A program made the position numbers and the translations under genes. Positions 40,154-50,555 of a stretch of 64,000 bases of DNA are shown in pieces. Below the pieces are notes generated by a model. It did not search any database. It was not told where the DNA came from and saw only the letters and a list, made by a program, of their open reading frames with translations. Source of the DNA: a virus (Duplodnaviria; Caudoviricetes); IMG/VR virus record IMGVR_UViG_3300043021_000113; one strand, 5' to 3'. The stretch's first letter is position 1. The number at the start of each line of letters is the position of its first letter.

Positions 40154-40260
40154 AAAAAAAATGTACCAAACCCCCTTAAAAAATGCACAAAACCTATATA
40201 AAAAATGCACCACTACCTATATAAAAAATGCACCAACCCCCCCAAAAAATGCACCACTAA
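40154..40260 (+). repeat. five iteron-like direct repeats AAAAAATG(C/T)AC(C/A)A at ~21-24-bp spacing
   Basis: Directly visible; IHF-consensus match (WATCAANNNNTTR, minus strand) at ~40127-40139. Confidence 0.8.
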
Positions 40261-40330
40261 AGACCTATAAAAATATTTTGTAGGTTCAAATATTTTTTAT
40301 TATATTTATAACAAATTAAATACATATAAA

Positions 40331-41140
40331 ATGACAAAAAAGAAAAACAAACAATTTTTCAAAGTACCGGGGGATAAACAAAAAAACGATATACTCGGTC
40401 CAAATGAAGCTGACGTTTACCAAGCTTTAATAAGAAATAATAATGCGTCTGGAATGTGTGCACCACCAATCTCAAAGATTCAAAAAATGACTAATTTATC
40501 AGCACCAACAATTAAAAAAAATATAGATATTTTAGCAAATAAGGGCTACATAAATATTATTCCTCAACAAGGAAAATCTAATAGATATGTATTTTTAAAA
40601 CAAAACATGAGCTTTGAGAAATTTTCTCCAGAATTTTTAGATAATAAAGAAATTAGTGATGATGTAAGGCGTTATTGGTTAGTGGCTCAGCAATTCACCA
40701 AGCAATCAGACGATAACAGCTCAAGAGTTATGAGTTATTCAACACATGAATTATCAAATAAAACAGGAATAGATAGAAGAAGAATTAGCAAGTGTGAAAA
40801 ATCAATGCTTGATCTTGGCTTTATGAGTATTAATGATAACGGAGATAAAGTTTTTGATGTTATAAAATATGGACAAGCCGTGGCTTTAATATTAACAAAG
40901 CACGAACGCGAGATTAAAGAATTGCAACAGAAAATGGAGAAAATGGAAGGAATGGAGGATGAGCTCGTTAAAAAAGTTGTAGAAAAAATAACCAAACATC
41001 AAAACGAAAGAATTAAAGAGCTTGAGGCAGAGAATAAAATGCTTAAGAATAAAGCAAAGAAACAAGCAGCAGAAGATAAGAAGAGAAAAGAACAAGAATC
41101 AATAGAGGACTTCAATAAGAATGGAGGTCTTCAATTATAA
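40331..41140 (+). CDS. winged-HTH protein with coiled-coil tail, replication-initiator-like
   Basis: C.P.ISKI...TNLS.PTIKK.I..L..KGYI HTH, a second HTH, and adjacent iteron-like repeats. Confidence 0.65.
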   Translation: MTKKKNKQFFKVPGDKQKNDILGPNEADVYQALIRNNNASGMCAPPISKIQKMTNLSAPTIKKNIDILANKGYINIIPQQGKSNRYVFLKQNMSFEKFSPEFLDNKEISDDVRRYWLVAQQFTKQSDDNSSRVMSYSTHELSNKTGIDRRRISKCEKSMLDLGFMSINDNGDKVFDVIKYGQAVALILTKHEREIKELQQKMEKMEGMEDELVKKVVEKITKHQNERIKELEAENKMLKNKAKKQAAEDKKRKEQESIEDFNKNGGLQL

Positions 41141-41142
41141 AC

Positions 41143-41177
41143 AAAAAAAGGAGTAAGCATTCACTGCTTACTCCTTA
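41143..41177. terminator. bidirectional terminator
   Basis: AAGGAGTAAGCA-TTCAC-TGCTTACTCCTT between convergent ORFs. Confidence 0.7.
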
Positions 41178-41358
41178 ACCTATCGCTGCGTTTTATTAAC
41201 TCTGGATCGCAATTGCCTTTTGGACAAACAGGCACAACTAATTTTCCAGGAAAGAAAGTTGGGACACCGTCTTTTTCCAACATTTCAATTCTTCTTCTTG
41301 CTTCATCTTCTGTTATATCATAACATCCTAAGCAAGTACAATAGAACCAATTTTTCAT
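41161..41358 (-). CDS. small Cys-containing protein
   Basis: CxCxxC...CxxxxC; promoter at 41383-41390. Confidence 0.6.
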   Translation of the reverse strand: MKNWFYCTCLGCYDITEDEARRRIEMLEKDGVPTFFPGKLVVPVCPKGNCDPELIKRSDRLRSKQ

Positions 41359-41432
41359 CTTTTAAAAATAAAAATTTACTTGCAAATATAATAAAAAATT
41401 TTTATCTTTGAAAAATTAAAAAAAATTTTAAT

Positions 41433-42959
41433 ATGATAAAGTTTAATGACGATGCGAAAGCCGAATTACAAGCCGGCATTAATGTTTTAGCTGATGCAGT
41501 ACAAGTGACACTAGGACCTGGGGGTCGAAATGTGCTTATTTTAGATGGAAACAAACAACATATAACCAAAGACGGTATAACTGTTGCTAAAAATATAAGT
41601 TTAAATAATAAATTTCAAAATTTAGGAGTTAATATTCTTAAAGAAACAAGCAAAAAAACTTGTGACATAGCGGGTGATGGTTCAAGTTCAGTAATAATTC
41701 TTACACGTGAAATTATAAATCTAGGACTTAGTATTATAAACAACAACCATAATGTAATAGAAATTAAAAATGGCATGAATAAAGCTCTTCGTGCTATGAT
41801 TAAATATATAGATAAAATTTCTGAGAAAATAATTAATAAACAGCAATTAATAGACGTTGCGACAATCTCTGCCAATAATGATGTTGAAATTGGCCAATTA
41901 ATAGCTAATGCATTTGAGCTAGTAAACAATAATGGCATTATAACAGTTGACTTAAGCAAAAATACAGAAACAACAGTTGAACGTGTGGAAGGAGTAAAGT
42001 TCAGTAATGGCTATTTATCAAGATTTTTTATAAATGATAAAGTTAAAAAAACAGCTGATCTTCAAAACCCAGTAATTATTATCTGCAAAGAAAAACTAAG
42101 GGATATTAAAGACATAATAGAACCCCTCAACAATATTGTTAAAAACAACGATAATTTGCTTTTAATAGTTCCGGATATAGAACCAGACTGTTTAGATCAA
42201 TTCATAAATAATAACATAGCTTCTAGGCTTAAATGTTGTGTAGTTAAAGCTCCTGGTTTTGGTGATTATCAGTTTGACAATATCCAAGACTTGGCAATTT
42301 TAACTTCTTATAAATCACAACATAACTTATATTATTTGGGTTCAGCTGATAGAGTAATAGTTAATAACACAGAAACAACGATTATTAATGGCCATGGAAA
42401 CAAACAAGCAATAACTAATAAACTAGCTTTACTCCAAGAACAATTATTACATGAACAAGAACCGCACGCGATAACTAAACTTCAAGAACGCATAACTAGA
42501 TTAAGCAACAACGCCGCAGTAATACATGTTGGAGCTTTAACGGAACTTGAAGTATTAGAAATTAAAGATCGCATAGACGATGCTTTAAATGCAACTAGAG
42601 CTGCAATTTCTGAAGGAGTAGTTATTGGTGGTGGTTATGCTTATATACAATGCTTGGAAGCTTTAAAAGATCTTGAACTAAAAGACAATGAACAACTAGG
42701 ATTAAATATAATTGCACATAGCTTAACAGCAATTAATAACCAAGTATTAACTAATGCTGGCTTAGAAATTTACAATTACGAGTTTAATAATCAAGGCATA
42801 AACGCTAAAACTGGTGAACTTTGTGATTTAAAACAAGCTGGCATTATAGATCCTGCAAAAGTTATTAAAACAGTTCTTGAAAACTCCATATCAACTGCTG
42901 GTATATTTTTAACTACTGAATGTGCAATTATAACTGAAGATCTAACTTTTAACCAATAA
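41433..42959 (+). CDS. groEL: chaperonin GroEL (divergent)
   Basis: TLGPGGRNV, ITKDGITVAK, ATISANND, KAPGFGD, EGVV.GGG, GIIDPAKV. Confidence 0.95.
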   Translation: MIKFNDDAKAELQAGINVLADAVQVTLGPGGRNVLILDGNKQHITKDGITVAKNISLNNKFQNLGVNILKETSKKTCDIAGDGSSSVIILTREIINLGLSIINNNHNVIEIKNGMNKALRAMIKYIDKISEKIINKQQLIDVATISANNDVEIGQLIANAFELVNNNGIITVDLSKNTETTVERVEGVKFSNGYLSRFFINDKVKKTADLQNPVIIICKEKLRDIKDIIEPLNNIVKNNDNLLLIVPDIEPDCLDQFINNNIASRLKCCVVKAPGFGDYQFDNIQDLAILTSYKSQHNLYYLGSADRVIVNNTETTIINGHGNKQAITNKLALLQEQLLHEQEPHAITKLQERITRLSNNAAVIHVGALTELEVLEIKDRIDDALNATRAAISEGVVIGGGYAYIQCLEALKDLELKDNEQLGLNIIAHSLTAINNQVLTNAGLEIYNYEFNNQGINAKTGELCDLKQAGIIDPAKVIKTVLENSISTAGIFLTTECAIITEDLTFNQ

Positions 42960-43247
42960 TTTTTTATTTTATGATCTCTTTTTTAATTAATTTTTTAATA
43001 ATAATTTATATATTCATGGTTGGAATGTATTTCTCAGTAATAAACACTGGTAATTTTTTTGATAAATTCATAAGTGCCAATAAAAAATTAATTGATAAAA
43101 TAAAACAAAAGTTATAGAATGATACCAACAACAAAAGCTTTTATGCAGTATTGGACAATCTTTATGAACATAATTTGTTTTTTAGTTTTATTTTATGATG
43201 CAAAAAAAAGGCGGACTAAGAAATAATCTTAGTTCGCCTTTACTTAT

Positions 43248-43808
43248 TTAAACACCACCGTTCCAATCTTCGTTATTCTCAATTCTTCTGTATTGCTCCG
43301 CTGTCCTTCCTGTTGATGCTTTATTCATTGCTTTATTGTGCATTATCTCGTCACCATATTTAATATGATACTTTTTGCCGTTCCATTCTTGAATTGTATT
43401 ATAATTTCCAGCTTTAACTTGTGCTCTGAACCAATCATTAAAATTATTTCTTCCAGTTTTATTTACTGGTTTTTCTGTTTCCTGAGCTTGAACTTGTGGT
43501 TTATTTACTGGTTGTTGATTATTTACTGGTTGTTGATTAGCTGTTGGAAACTGAATAATAATTGGTGGAACTTGAGCTGTTGATTCTTGAACTATTGGCT
43601 TAGTAACATTTGGTGTTTGTTCACTTATTATTGGTTTATTACTGCCTTTTTTATATTTAAATCTATCAAAAGGCAAAGGCAATATATACCCGTAATTTTG
43701 TTTATTTTGAAGCTTCTGCCTTTGAGCTTCAATTTCAGCTGGAGTTCTTCTTGGTTGTTCATTTCCAGTTGAAACAAGAAAATTGTTTATTTTATCAAAT
43801 AATCCCAT
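43248..43808 (-). CDS. Q/P/N-rich hypothetical protein
   Basis: ORF with upstream promoter and downstream terminator (43205-43240). Confidence 0.7.
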   Translation of the reverse strand: MGLFDKINNFLVSTGNEQPRRTPAEIEAQRQKLQNKQNYGYILPLPFDRFKYKKGSNKPIISEQTPNVTKPIVQESTAQVPPIIIQFPTANQQPVNNQQPVNKPQVQAQETEKPVNKTGRNNFNDWFRAQVKAGNYNTIQEWNGKKYHIKYGDEIMHNKAMNKASTGRTAEQYRRIENNEDWNGGV

Positions 43809-43871
43809 ATTATAAATGTTAAAAATTATTTTGCAAAAATAACCAATATTCTTTATCTTTGCAAATAATTT

Positions 43872-44105
43872 TTACTTTTTACCTCCTAGCTGATCAGCGA
43901 TAACATCTAAGCCTAACAAGCTAGTTGCAAGAGTAAGCAATAATGCGGAACCATCTGGCATGTCTATTTCTTTATGTAAAGAAAGAAACATGCATAAAAT
44001 ATAACTACCCCAACCAACAAAACCAGTTAGTCTTTTGGCTGAAGTTTGGGCGTCCTTTTTGAAAGAGTCCAAAATGATAAATTGTAATTCTTTAAAAAAT
44101 GACAT
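43872..44105 (-). CDS. holin-like two-TM protein
   Basis: SAKRL.G..GW followed by two TM helices; start moved to 44105. Confidence 0.55.
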   Translation of the reverse strand: MSFFKELQFIILDSFKKDAQTSAKRLTGFVGWGSYILCMFLSLHKEIDMPDGSALLLTLATSLLGLDVIADQLGGKK

Positions 44106-44106
44106 A

Positions 44107-44262
44107 ATGGCAATTGAATTTTTAGCTAAAATTAGATCTGATCTGCGAATGTATGAAGCATACATTGAACGCACATTGGAGCAATGCAGAGAACTTTTAA
44201 GTGAAAATGTAAGATTACGTGAACGTATTCAAGAATTAGAAAAACAAAAAAGGGAGGCCTAA
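44107..44262 (+). CDS. 51-aa coiled-coil protein
   Basis: MAIEFLAKIRSDLR...; bidirectional terminator at 44249-44281. Confidence 0.5.
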   Translation: MAIEFLAKIRSDLRMYEAYIERTLEQCRELLSENVRLRERIQELEKQKREA

Positions 44263-44279
44263 ATTAGGACCTCCCTTTT

Positions 44280-44915
44280 TTAATTATTTTTACTTAAGAT
44301 GGATTTGCAAATAAAAAGCACATCGTTCATTTCAAAATCGCTTTTAAGTTGATTAACAGCCATACACACAAGTTGCACATTGTCTTTCGTATATCCGCCT
44401 TTTGAATTTATCTGGTCTATTGATATATTATAAGGACTACGCCCTTTATCTAAATTAAGGGTCATATCAATTCCAGATACTGCACACTTTCCATTTTGCT
44501 TTTTATATAATTCTTTAATATATTCTGCGGTTATATCACAAGGAATATTTTTCTTTTTAGCTCTATCTTTAGCTCCATTATATCTATGAATTGATAGATA
44601 ATGTAATTTTTGCTCTTCTGAATATAACTTCCTTGTTTCTTTCATTTGAGATTGCTTGCATTTTTTACAACGAGAATCTCTGTTGCCTCTATGCTTGTTG
44701 TCAGAATGCGATTGGAATTCTTCAGGATCTAAATATTCGCCGCATATATGGCATAATAATTTCCCGTTTTTCCAATCTCTTTTATCTTCACATTCTCTAC
44801 ATGTTAAATGAAAGCTTTGGCCTTTTACATTTTGTGTTCTGAAAAATTCTATACTTTTTCTTTTTTCTATTCCGCAACAATCGCAAACTTGTGTTTTAAA
44901 TTGACCTTTTCTCAT
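44280..44915 (-). CDS. Zn-finger HNH-like endonuclease
   Basis: Four CxxC pairs; QNGKCAVSG, SIDQINSKGGY.KDNVQLVC..VN..K. Confidence 0.8.
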   Translation of the reverse strand: MRKGQFKTQVCDCCGIEKRKSIEFFRTQNVKGQSFHLTCRECEDKRDWKNGKLLCHICGEYLDPEEFQSHSDNKHRGNRDSRCKKCKQSQMKETRKLYSEEQKLHYLSIHRYNGAKDRAKKKNIPCDITAEYIKELYKKQNGKCAVSGIDMTLNLDKGRSPYNISIDQINSKGGYTKDNVQLVCMAVNQLKSDFEMNDVLFICKSILSKNN

Positions 44916-44990
44916 AATATGTATTTTTAAATTTTATACAAATATAAAAAATAAAAATTACATAAGCAAGCGTTTTTATAAATAATGCTT

Positions 44991-45299
44991 TTATTTGTGA
45001 CCACCAAAGTTCCTGGCAAACACAGCCTGTTTTACTGTGCTACTTGGGTATTTATCTTTATTTGCTAACACATGACTTGCGTACTGTTGTACACCTTGCC
45101 CAGCAGCTTTGGCTTTCTTAGTGAATAAACCTTCATGAGATTTCTTAATATGTATTCCATGTTCTCCTTTTTCACAAGTACAATTAGCTTTTCCGCAATC
45201 AGGACATTTACCCATCTTACCACCTTTTTTGAATTTTTCTATCATTTCTCTTAGATTTTCAACACCAGAGAAATCCAGGGATTGGTCTTTAATTTTCAT
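44991..45299 (-). CDS. crAss-type small basic (putative virion cargo) protein
   Basis: KKGGK and GIHIKK...G.FT...A.FA.N motifs recalled from crAss-like phages. Confidence 0.55.
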   Translation of the reverse strand: MKIKDQSLDFSGVENLREMIEKFKKGGKMGKCPDCGKANCTCEKGEHGIHIKKSHEGLFTKKAKAAGQGVQQYASHVLANKDKYPSSTVKQAVFARNFGGHK

Positions 45300-45460
45300 T
45301 TTTAAAATTTTTTGTAATAAATTTGGTTATTACAAAATTAATGTTATATCTTTGTATCTCCAAAACTTATGCATTATTTTTTATAAGCTAATAACTAAAT
45401 TTCTTCTTGATAATTTATAAAACTTTTAGTAAATTTGCGTTATTAAAAAATAATGTAAAA

Positions 45461-46363
45461 ATGGAAATAACAAAAGAAAACAACGGTGTTTGCTTTAATG
45501 AACAGGCCCACGTTTATTTCGAGAAATCAAACCCTAGTGATAAATATACAAGCGTTACAACACTTATTCATAAATTCACGCCAGAATTTGACGTTGATTT
45601 TTGGAGTAGTTATAAAGCTTTTGTTGATTTATTGGGGCCTAATCTTCCAATAGATATTAAAAAACGTTTATTATCAACAAAAAAATTTGATAATAAACTT
45701 TTAGAAATTTTAGATATTGAAACTGAAAAATTCCAAGAAGTAAAAAACAGATATATTACAACATGGGAAGAAAACAAAAATAAAGCGTGCGAACGTGGAA
45801 CTAAAATTCACCTTGAAAAAGAACTAGGTTTTTATAACGACCCGAAACACGAGAAATATAATTTTTTAAAGTTGAGTGGTGAGTATAAATGTGAGCCGGG
45901 TTTTATGAAACTAGACGTTGAAAGAGGAATTTATCCAGAATTTTTGATTTCTTATAGATTTGATGATATTTTAAAAATAGCAGGACAAATAGACATTTTG
46001 GTTAAAGATGGAGAAGATATAATAATAGGTGATTACAAAACTGGAAGAGAGCTTAAATTTAAATCTGGTTACGATCCAACAACTAAGAAAACCCAAAAAA
46101 TGCTTCCACCATTAAACCATCTTGACGATTGTAACATGAACCATTATGCCTTGCAGTTATCAACTTATGCTTATTTATTAAAAAAAATAAGACCTGAATT
46201 TAACATTAAGCGTTTAGTGATCTATCATATAGACCACGAAGGAAACGAAACAACGCATGAGTTAAATTATCTTGAAAAAGAAGTAAAAGATATGTTAAAA
46301 TATTATCGTAAACAATTAATAAAAGATAAAAGGGACAAAGAACGTCAGCCTATAAAATATTAA
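45461..46363 (+). CDS. PD-(D/E)XK exonuclease
   Basis: SVTT, RGT.IH, AGQID, GDYKT, Y.LQLS.Y. Confidence 0.85.
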   Translation: MEITKENNGVCFNEQAHVYFEKSNPSDKYTSVTTLIHKFTPEFDVDFWSSYKAFVDLLGPNLPIDIKKRLLSTKKFDNKLLEILDIETEKFQEVKNRYITTWEENKNKACERGTKIHLEKELGFYNDPKHEKYNFLKLSGEYKCEPGFMKLDVERGIYPEFLISYRFDDILKIAGQIDILVKDGEDIIIGDYKTGRELKFKSGYDPTTKKTQKMLPPLNHLDDCNMNHYALQLSTYAYLLKKIRPEFNIKRLVIYHIDHEGNETTHELNYLEKEVKDMLKYYRKQLIKDKRDKERQPIKY

Positions 46364-46648
46364 ATGATAAACGTTAAAGATATAGTCGAAGGACATTATA
46401 AGGAATTTAACAATAAAATTCAAAATATAAAAGATGAACTAGCCGATAAGAGGCTAGATATATGCAGAGCGTGTCCCCTTGGAATACAAACTTCTCTTGG
46501 ATTAAAATGCAATAAAAATTTGTGGATTAATCCTGAGACTGAAGAAATTTCTACGTATTCACGCAGTGGATATGTTAGAGGCTGCGGTTGTAGACTGTCA
46601 GCTAAAGCAACATTAAAAGATAGTCACTGTATAATTAATAAATGGTAA
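46364..46648 (+). CDS. Cys-rich Zn-binding protein
   Basis: R..IC..CP, GCGCRL.AK, C...KW. Confidence 0.75.
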   Translation: MINVKDIVEGHYKEFNNKIQNIKDELADKRLDICRACPLGIQTSLGLKCNKNLWINPETEEISTYSRSGYVRGCGCRLSAKATLKDSHCIINKW

Positions 46649-46649
46649 T

Positions 46650-47132
46650 ATGTCAATAAGAGAAGAGCAAACAGGAAAGTTTTTTATAGGAACAGAGGAT
46701 AATAATTACAATCCAACAATTGATCAAGAAACAAACAACTTTGAAGAGTTATTAGAAGAAGAACAAATAAAAAAAGAAATGTGGGCAAATAAAGAAATAA
46801 TGCCACTTGGCTTTAAAATAATGATTCTTCCTTACGAACGTAACCCTTATATTTCACACATAAACAAAGCTGGTTTGTTAACTGATGGTGGTTCTTATAT
46901 AAACCCAGAAACTGGAGAAAGAGAAGAGGTACGAGAGATTATCGGATGCGCTCAGGTACTAGAAGTTGGTCCAGATGTAAAAAATATTAAACCAGGGGAT
47001 GAGGTGATTTATTTTAAAGAAAGATCAAAACCTCTCCCTTTTATGGACAAGGGCTTTTACTTAATCGACGAGGTATCAGCTCTTGCTGTTATTAACAACT
47101 CAGAAATATTAAAAGAAAGATGGAAAATGTAA
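46650..47132 (+). CDS. GroES/Cpn10-like co-chaperonin
   Basis: I.PLG.KI.I, VLEVGP.V..IKPGD.VI, LIDE...LAVI. Confidence 0.7.
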   Translation: MSIREEQTGKFFIGTEDNNYNPTIDQETNNFEELLEEEQIKKEMWANKEIMPLGFKIMILPYERNPYISHINKAGLLTDGGSYINPETGEREEVREIIGCAQVLEVGPDVKNIKPGDEVIYFKERSKPLPFMDKGFYLIDEVSALAVINNSEILKERWKM

Positions 47133-47326
47133 ATGATGAAAAAGTATACTTTATCCCAGGCAACATTGTTACTTTGAAGCATTCCCTTCCTAATGCTCCA
47201 ACAATGCTTGTTCAAGAAGTAGTAAACAGTAAAAACGCTTTTAAGGGCATTAAATGCATTTGGTTTACTACTGGGCAATGTATACAAGAAGCTATTTTTA
47301 GCACTAAAGATTTAGTAAAAATATAA
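47120..47326 (+). CDS. small DUF2158-like protein
   Basis: G.IV.LK...P.M.V...CIWF...F....L. Confidence 0.6.
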   Translation: MENVNDEKVYFIPGNIVTLKHSLPNAPTMLVQEVVNSKNAFKGIKCIWFTTGQCIQEAIFSTKDLVKI

Positions 47327-47367
47327 TTCAAGGGGAGGTATTTTGTAATACTTCCCTTTTTTATTTT

Positions 47368-47958
47368 ATGGATTTTTTCGTTTATAATTCAGGTGATGGT
47401 TCATTAGATATTAACGAGCCACAAATATTTTTAATAAAAGAATTTGAAGCTTTATTAGACACAGAGCGTAACAAATGCAAAGAAGATAAAACCGGAAAAC
47501 TAAAACTTAGAGCTAGAAAAGAACTTGCTTATATATGGTTAAAGATGGATCCAAAAAGTCCATATTCTCAGTTTACAGAGTTAGAAGCTCATAACACAGC
47601 TCTTGACGATTCGGGTTTAACTAAAAAACAATTTGACGACGAAGTATTCAGGGCTGCTTGTAGAAAATATCAAGAAATTTTAGATTCTGACAGAATCCTT
47701 AGAATGATTAAAGCTGCACGTGGTGTTATTGATAAACTAGAATATTATTTAACGGAAGAAGTCGATTTTTCTGAGAAAAATTTACAAACAGGAGCGCCAA
47801 TATATAAAGCCAAGGATGTTATAGCAGAAATTAAAAATCTTGGTGACGTTATAACAGGTTTGAAAGACCTTGAATTAATGTACAAGAAAGGACAAGAAGT
47901 ATTAAATAATGGTTCAAGAGGTGATGCAACCCCAGGACGAAGAGATTTAATGAAATAA
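47368..47958 (+). CDS. hypothetical protein upstream of TerL (terminase small subunit candidate)
   Basis: Position and helical content only. Confidence 0.5.
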   Translation: MDFFVYNSGDGSLDINEPQIFLIKEFEALLDTERNKCKEDKTGKLKLRARKELAYIWLKMDPKSPYSQFTELEAHNTALDDSGLTKKQFDDEVFRAACRKYQEILDSDRILRMIKAARGVIDKLEYYLTEEVDFSEKNLQTGAPIYKAKDVIAEIKNLGDVITGLKDLELMYKKGQEVLNNGSRGDATPGRRDLMK

Positions 47959-50292
47959 TGGAAGTTATAGATGGCATAACTTGGGATTATGGGCCTAATG
48001 ATGAAATAAATTTCTTTGATAGGACCAAGTCATATTACTTGACTAAATATAGACCAATAGATGAAGAAAACGGTTTAGATTTCGTTTTAGAACCGTTCAT
48101 AGAGGATGCGATAAGATATAATAAAACCAAAAAATATTGTGAGTTTTCCGAAGGTTCTAAAGCTTATGCTGATTTCTGGAAAGAAAGAGACAAGCGAAAC
48201 ACTAATGGCTATGAAGTAAACGGCTATAGGATAACTGGTGATAATTATTTTTTTATTAATTTTTACAGGCTTATTGATCCTAAAACTCTTGTAGAAAACT
48301 TCCCAACATTTACTAATGTTCATTATGAATGGTTCCATTATGTAGAGATGTGCGAAAAACTGGGTAAAGACTGCGTAGCATTGAAACCTCGTGGGGTGGG
48401 TTGGTCAGAAATAGCAGCTAGTCTTTGTGTTTGTCCTTATTCAACTTTAAGAGATAAAACAATGTTAGCAGTTGCCGCTACAGATAAACAAATACAGCCA
48501 TTATGGGAAAAAATCTCTACACAATTAAACTGGTTAAATTTAAATACTCAAGGTGGTTATAAGCAATTACGACAAGTTAAAAATTCAGAAGCTGACATGT
48601 GGAAACGTGCAAGCATGAAAACAAAGGATGGAGAAGAACACGGTTCAATGTCTCAAATAAAAGGCTTGGTAGCAAATAATCCTAGAAATGTTCGTGGTTA
48701 TCGTTGCCATAGGTTATTTTATGAAGAAAGCGGATCAAATCCAGTTCTTAAAACTTCATGGGTTCAAGGAGAGGCTCTAGTAGTCAGAGTTGGACGTAAG
48801 ACAGGGACACGATATGCATGGGGCACGGGTAAAGAATATTTCTTATTTATTAAAAGGAATTCTGCTCCTTCGAAGAGGGATCTTCGAGAGTAAAATCGAG
48901 CAAAATCGGTAGAGACTGGAATGTTAATACCGAGGTAAGCGCTTAGATAGCGAATAGGCTAAGCGCCACCGTAGAGCGTAGCTAGTGAACAAATATAATC
49001 TAGCCAAGAGTGTTCGACACCTAGAACAGGTGAAAATGTACGCCGAGCTACAGAGAATGGATAATCTGTAGAAGTTGAGGATAAAAAGCCTCAACGATAA
49101 CATATTGGGTGATAGTGGCCTTGCCCTTCAAGGTTTAGCTGAAATGTTCAATAACCCTGACATTTTCGGTTGTCTGCCATGTTTACATAATTTCACAAAT
49201 ACCAATGAGTTTATTTATTCTGGATTTTTTATTCCTGCTTATAGAATGCATTTTGAATATCTAGACGATAGAGGAGTAACAAATACAGAAAAAGCCCGCG
49301 AATGGTTCGATAAAAACCGAAACAGTAAGCTTGACAACCCACAAGCTTTTTTAGAGTATTGTTCCGAATATTGCTATACACCAGATGAAGCATTAGTAAG
49401 ACAAGGAGAAAATCAATTTAACCAAATATTACTTGCTGAACAGTTGGCAAATATAACTATACACAAGATCATTAAAGAACCAGAACGTGGTTTCTTAATG
49501 GGAGGAAATGATGATGGCAAAGGTGGTAAGAATGCCATTATATGGAAGCCAAATGCTCACGAGGGAGATATTTTACTTTTAGAGGAACCAGAACGTGACG
49601 AAAACGGAAATATTATTAAAAACTTATATTGTGCGGGTATAGACTCAATCGATATAGGAACGAACGATTCAACAGGTCAATTGGACGTTTCCGATTTTTG
49701 CATAGTAATTTTAAGAAGACAACGTGGAATTCAAGAACCACGAATTGTTGCAATATATAAAAATAGACCAAGAGATATACGCATTGCTTATGACAACGCT
49801 TTTAGATTGTTAGATTGGTACAATGCAAAATGTGTTCTTGAAAATTCAAGAACTAATATAATAACTTACGCTAGAGAGAAAAAGAAACTTCATCATTTTT
49901 TAACTAGACCAAAAGCAACAATTACAAATTTAAAAACAAATACAACAATGATTGGTGCTCCTCCAACAGAAGGAGTGGTTAGACATTATTTGGAGCTTAT
50001 AGAGCAGTTTATAAATGATTATTACCAAGGTATAGCGTTTGTAGATGTAATCAATGAGCTTATGAAGTACACATACGAGAATAAACGTAAATTTGACATT
50101 GTGGCCAGCTTTGGGATGTGTCTCTTAGCCGATGAGGAGCTATTTGCTGCACCCATTGAATCTGTGGCACGTTTAGATAAAGAATGGCGAGATATAGGTT
50201 ATTATACAGGACCAGATGGAAGAAAACATTTTGGAGCAATACCAATAAGACAAAAAATAATTAAACAAGAATTAGGCGAAGGATGGATGTAA
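47958..50292 (+). CDS. terL: terminase large subunit, spliced: exons 47958-48830 and 49108-50292
   Basis: LKPRGVGWS, FYEESG, WGTG|GD junction, nuclease motif AGIDSID. Confidence 0.92.
48831..49107 (+). mobile_element. ORF-less group I intron (277 nt) in terL
   Basis: U|...G boundaries keep frame; P7 GCGUA/UACGC. Confidence 0.87.
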
Positions 50293-50555
50293 ATGAAATT
50301 GAAGATGAAATAAAACGCATGTTTGTTGAAGAACGATGCGTAGTTTTTAAAAAAGAACTTTCTGTAAAATATGATCCTAAAACTAGCACTTATGAGTTAA
50401 ATTTACACTTTAGAGGAAGAGAAAGACCTTGGAGTTTTATTTATCAAGGAACAAAAGAAGATTTCTTAAAATGTGTTAGAGATCAAATAAGAACAAGTCA
50501 ATTTGACAAAGTCGAGTATTGGGACGGATACAGAATAGAAAAACGAAACTTATGA
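50283..50555 (+). CDS. hypothetical protein
   Basis: ORF between terL and portal. Confidence 0.7.
   Translation: MDVNEIEDEIKRMFVEERCVVFKKELSVKYDPKTSTYELNLHFRGRERPWSFIYQGTKEDFLKCVRDQIRTSQFDKVEYWDGYRIEKRNL

Larger units (their letters stand above)
41383..45354. promoter_or_regulatory. Bacteroidota -7 promoter motifs TAnnTTTG in divergent pairs: 41383(-)/41403(+), 43834(-)/43854(+), 45333(-)/45347(+); single at 44939(-)
   Basis: Consensus matches in intergenic DNA; further copies at 7376(-), 13506(-), 39128(+), 59508(+). Confidence 0.7.
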
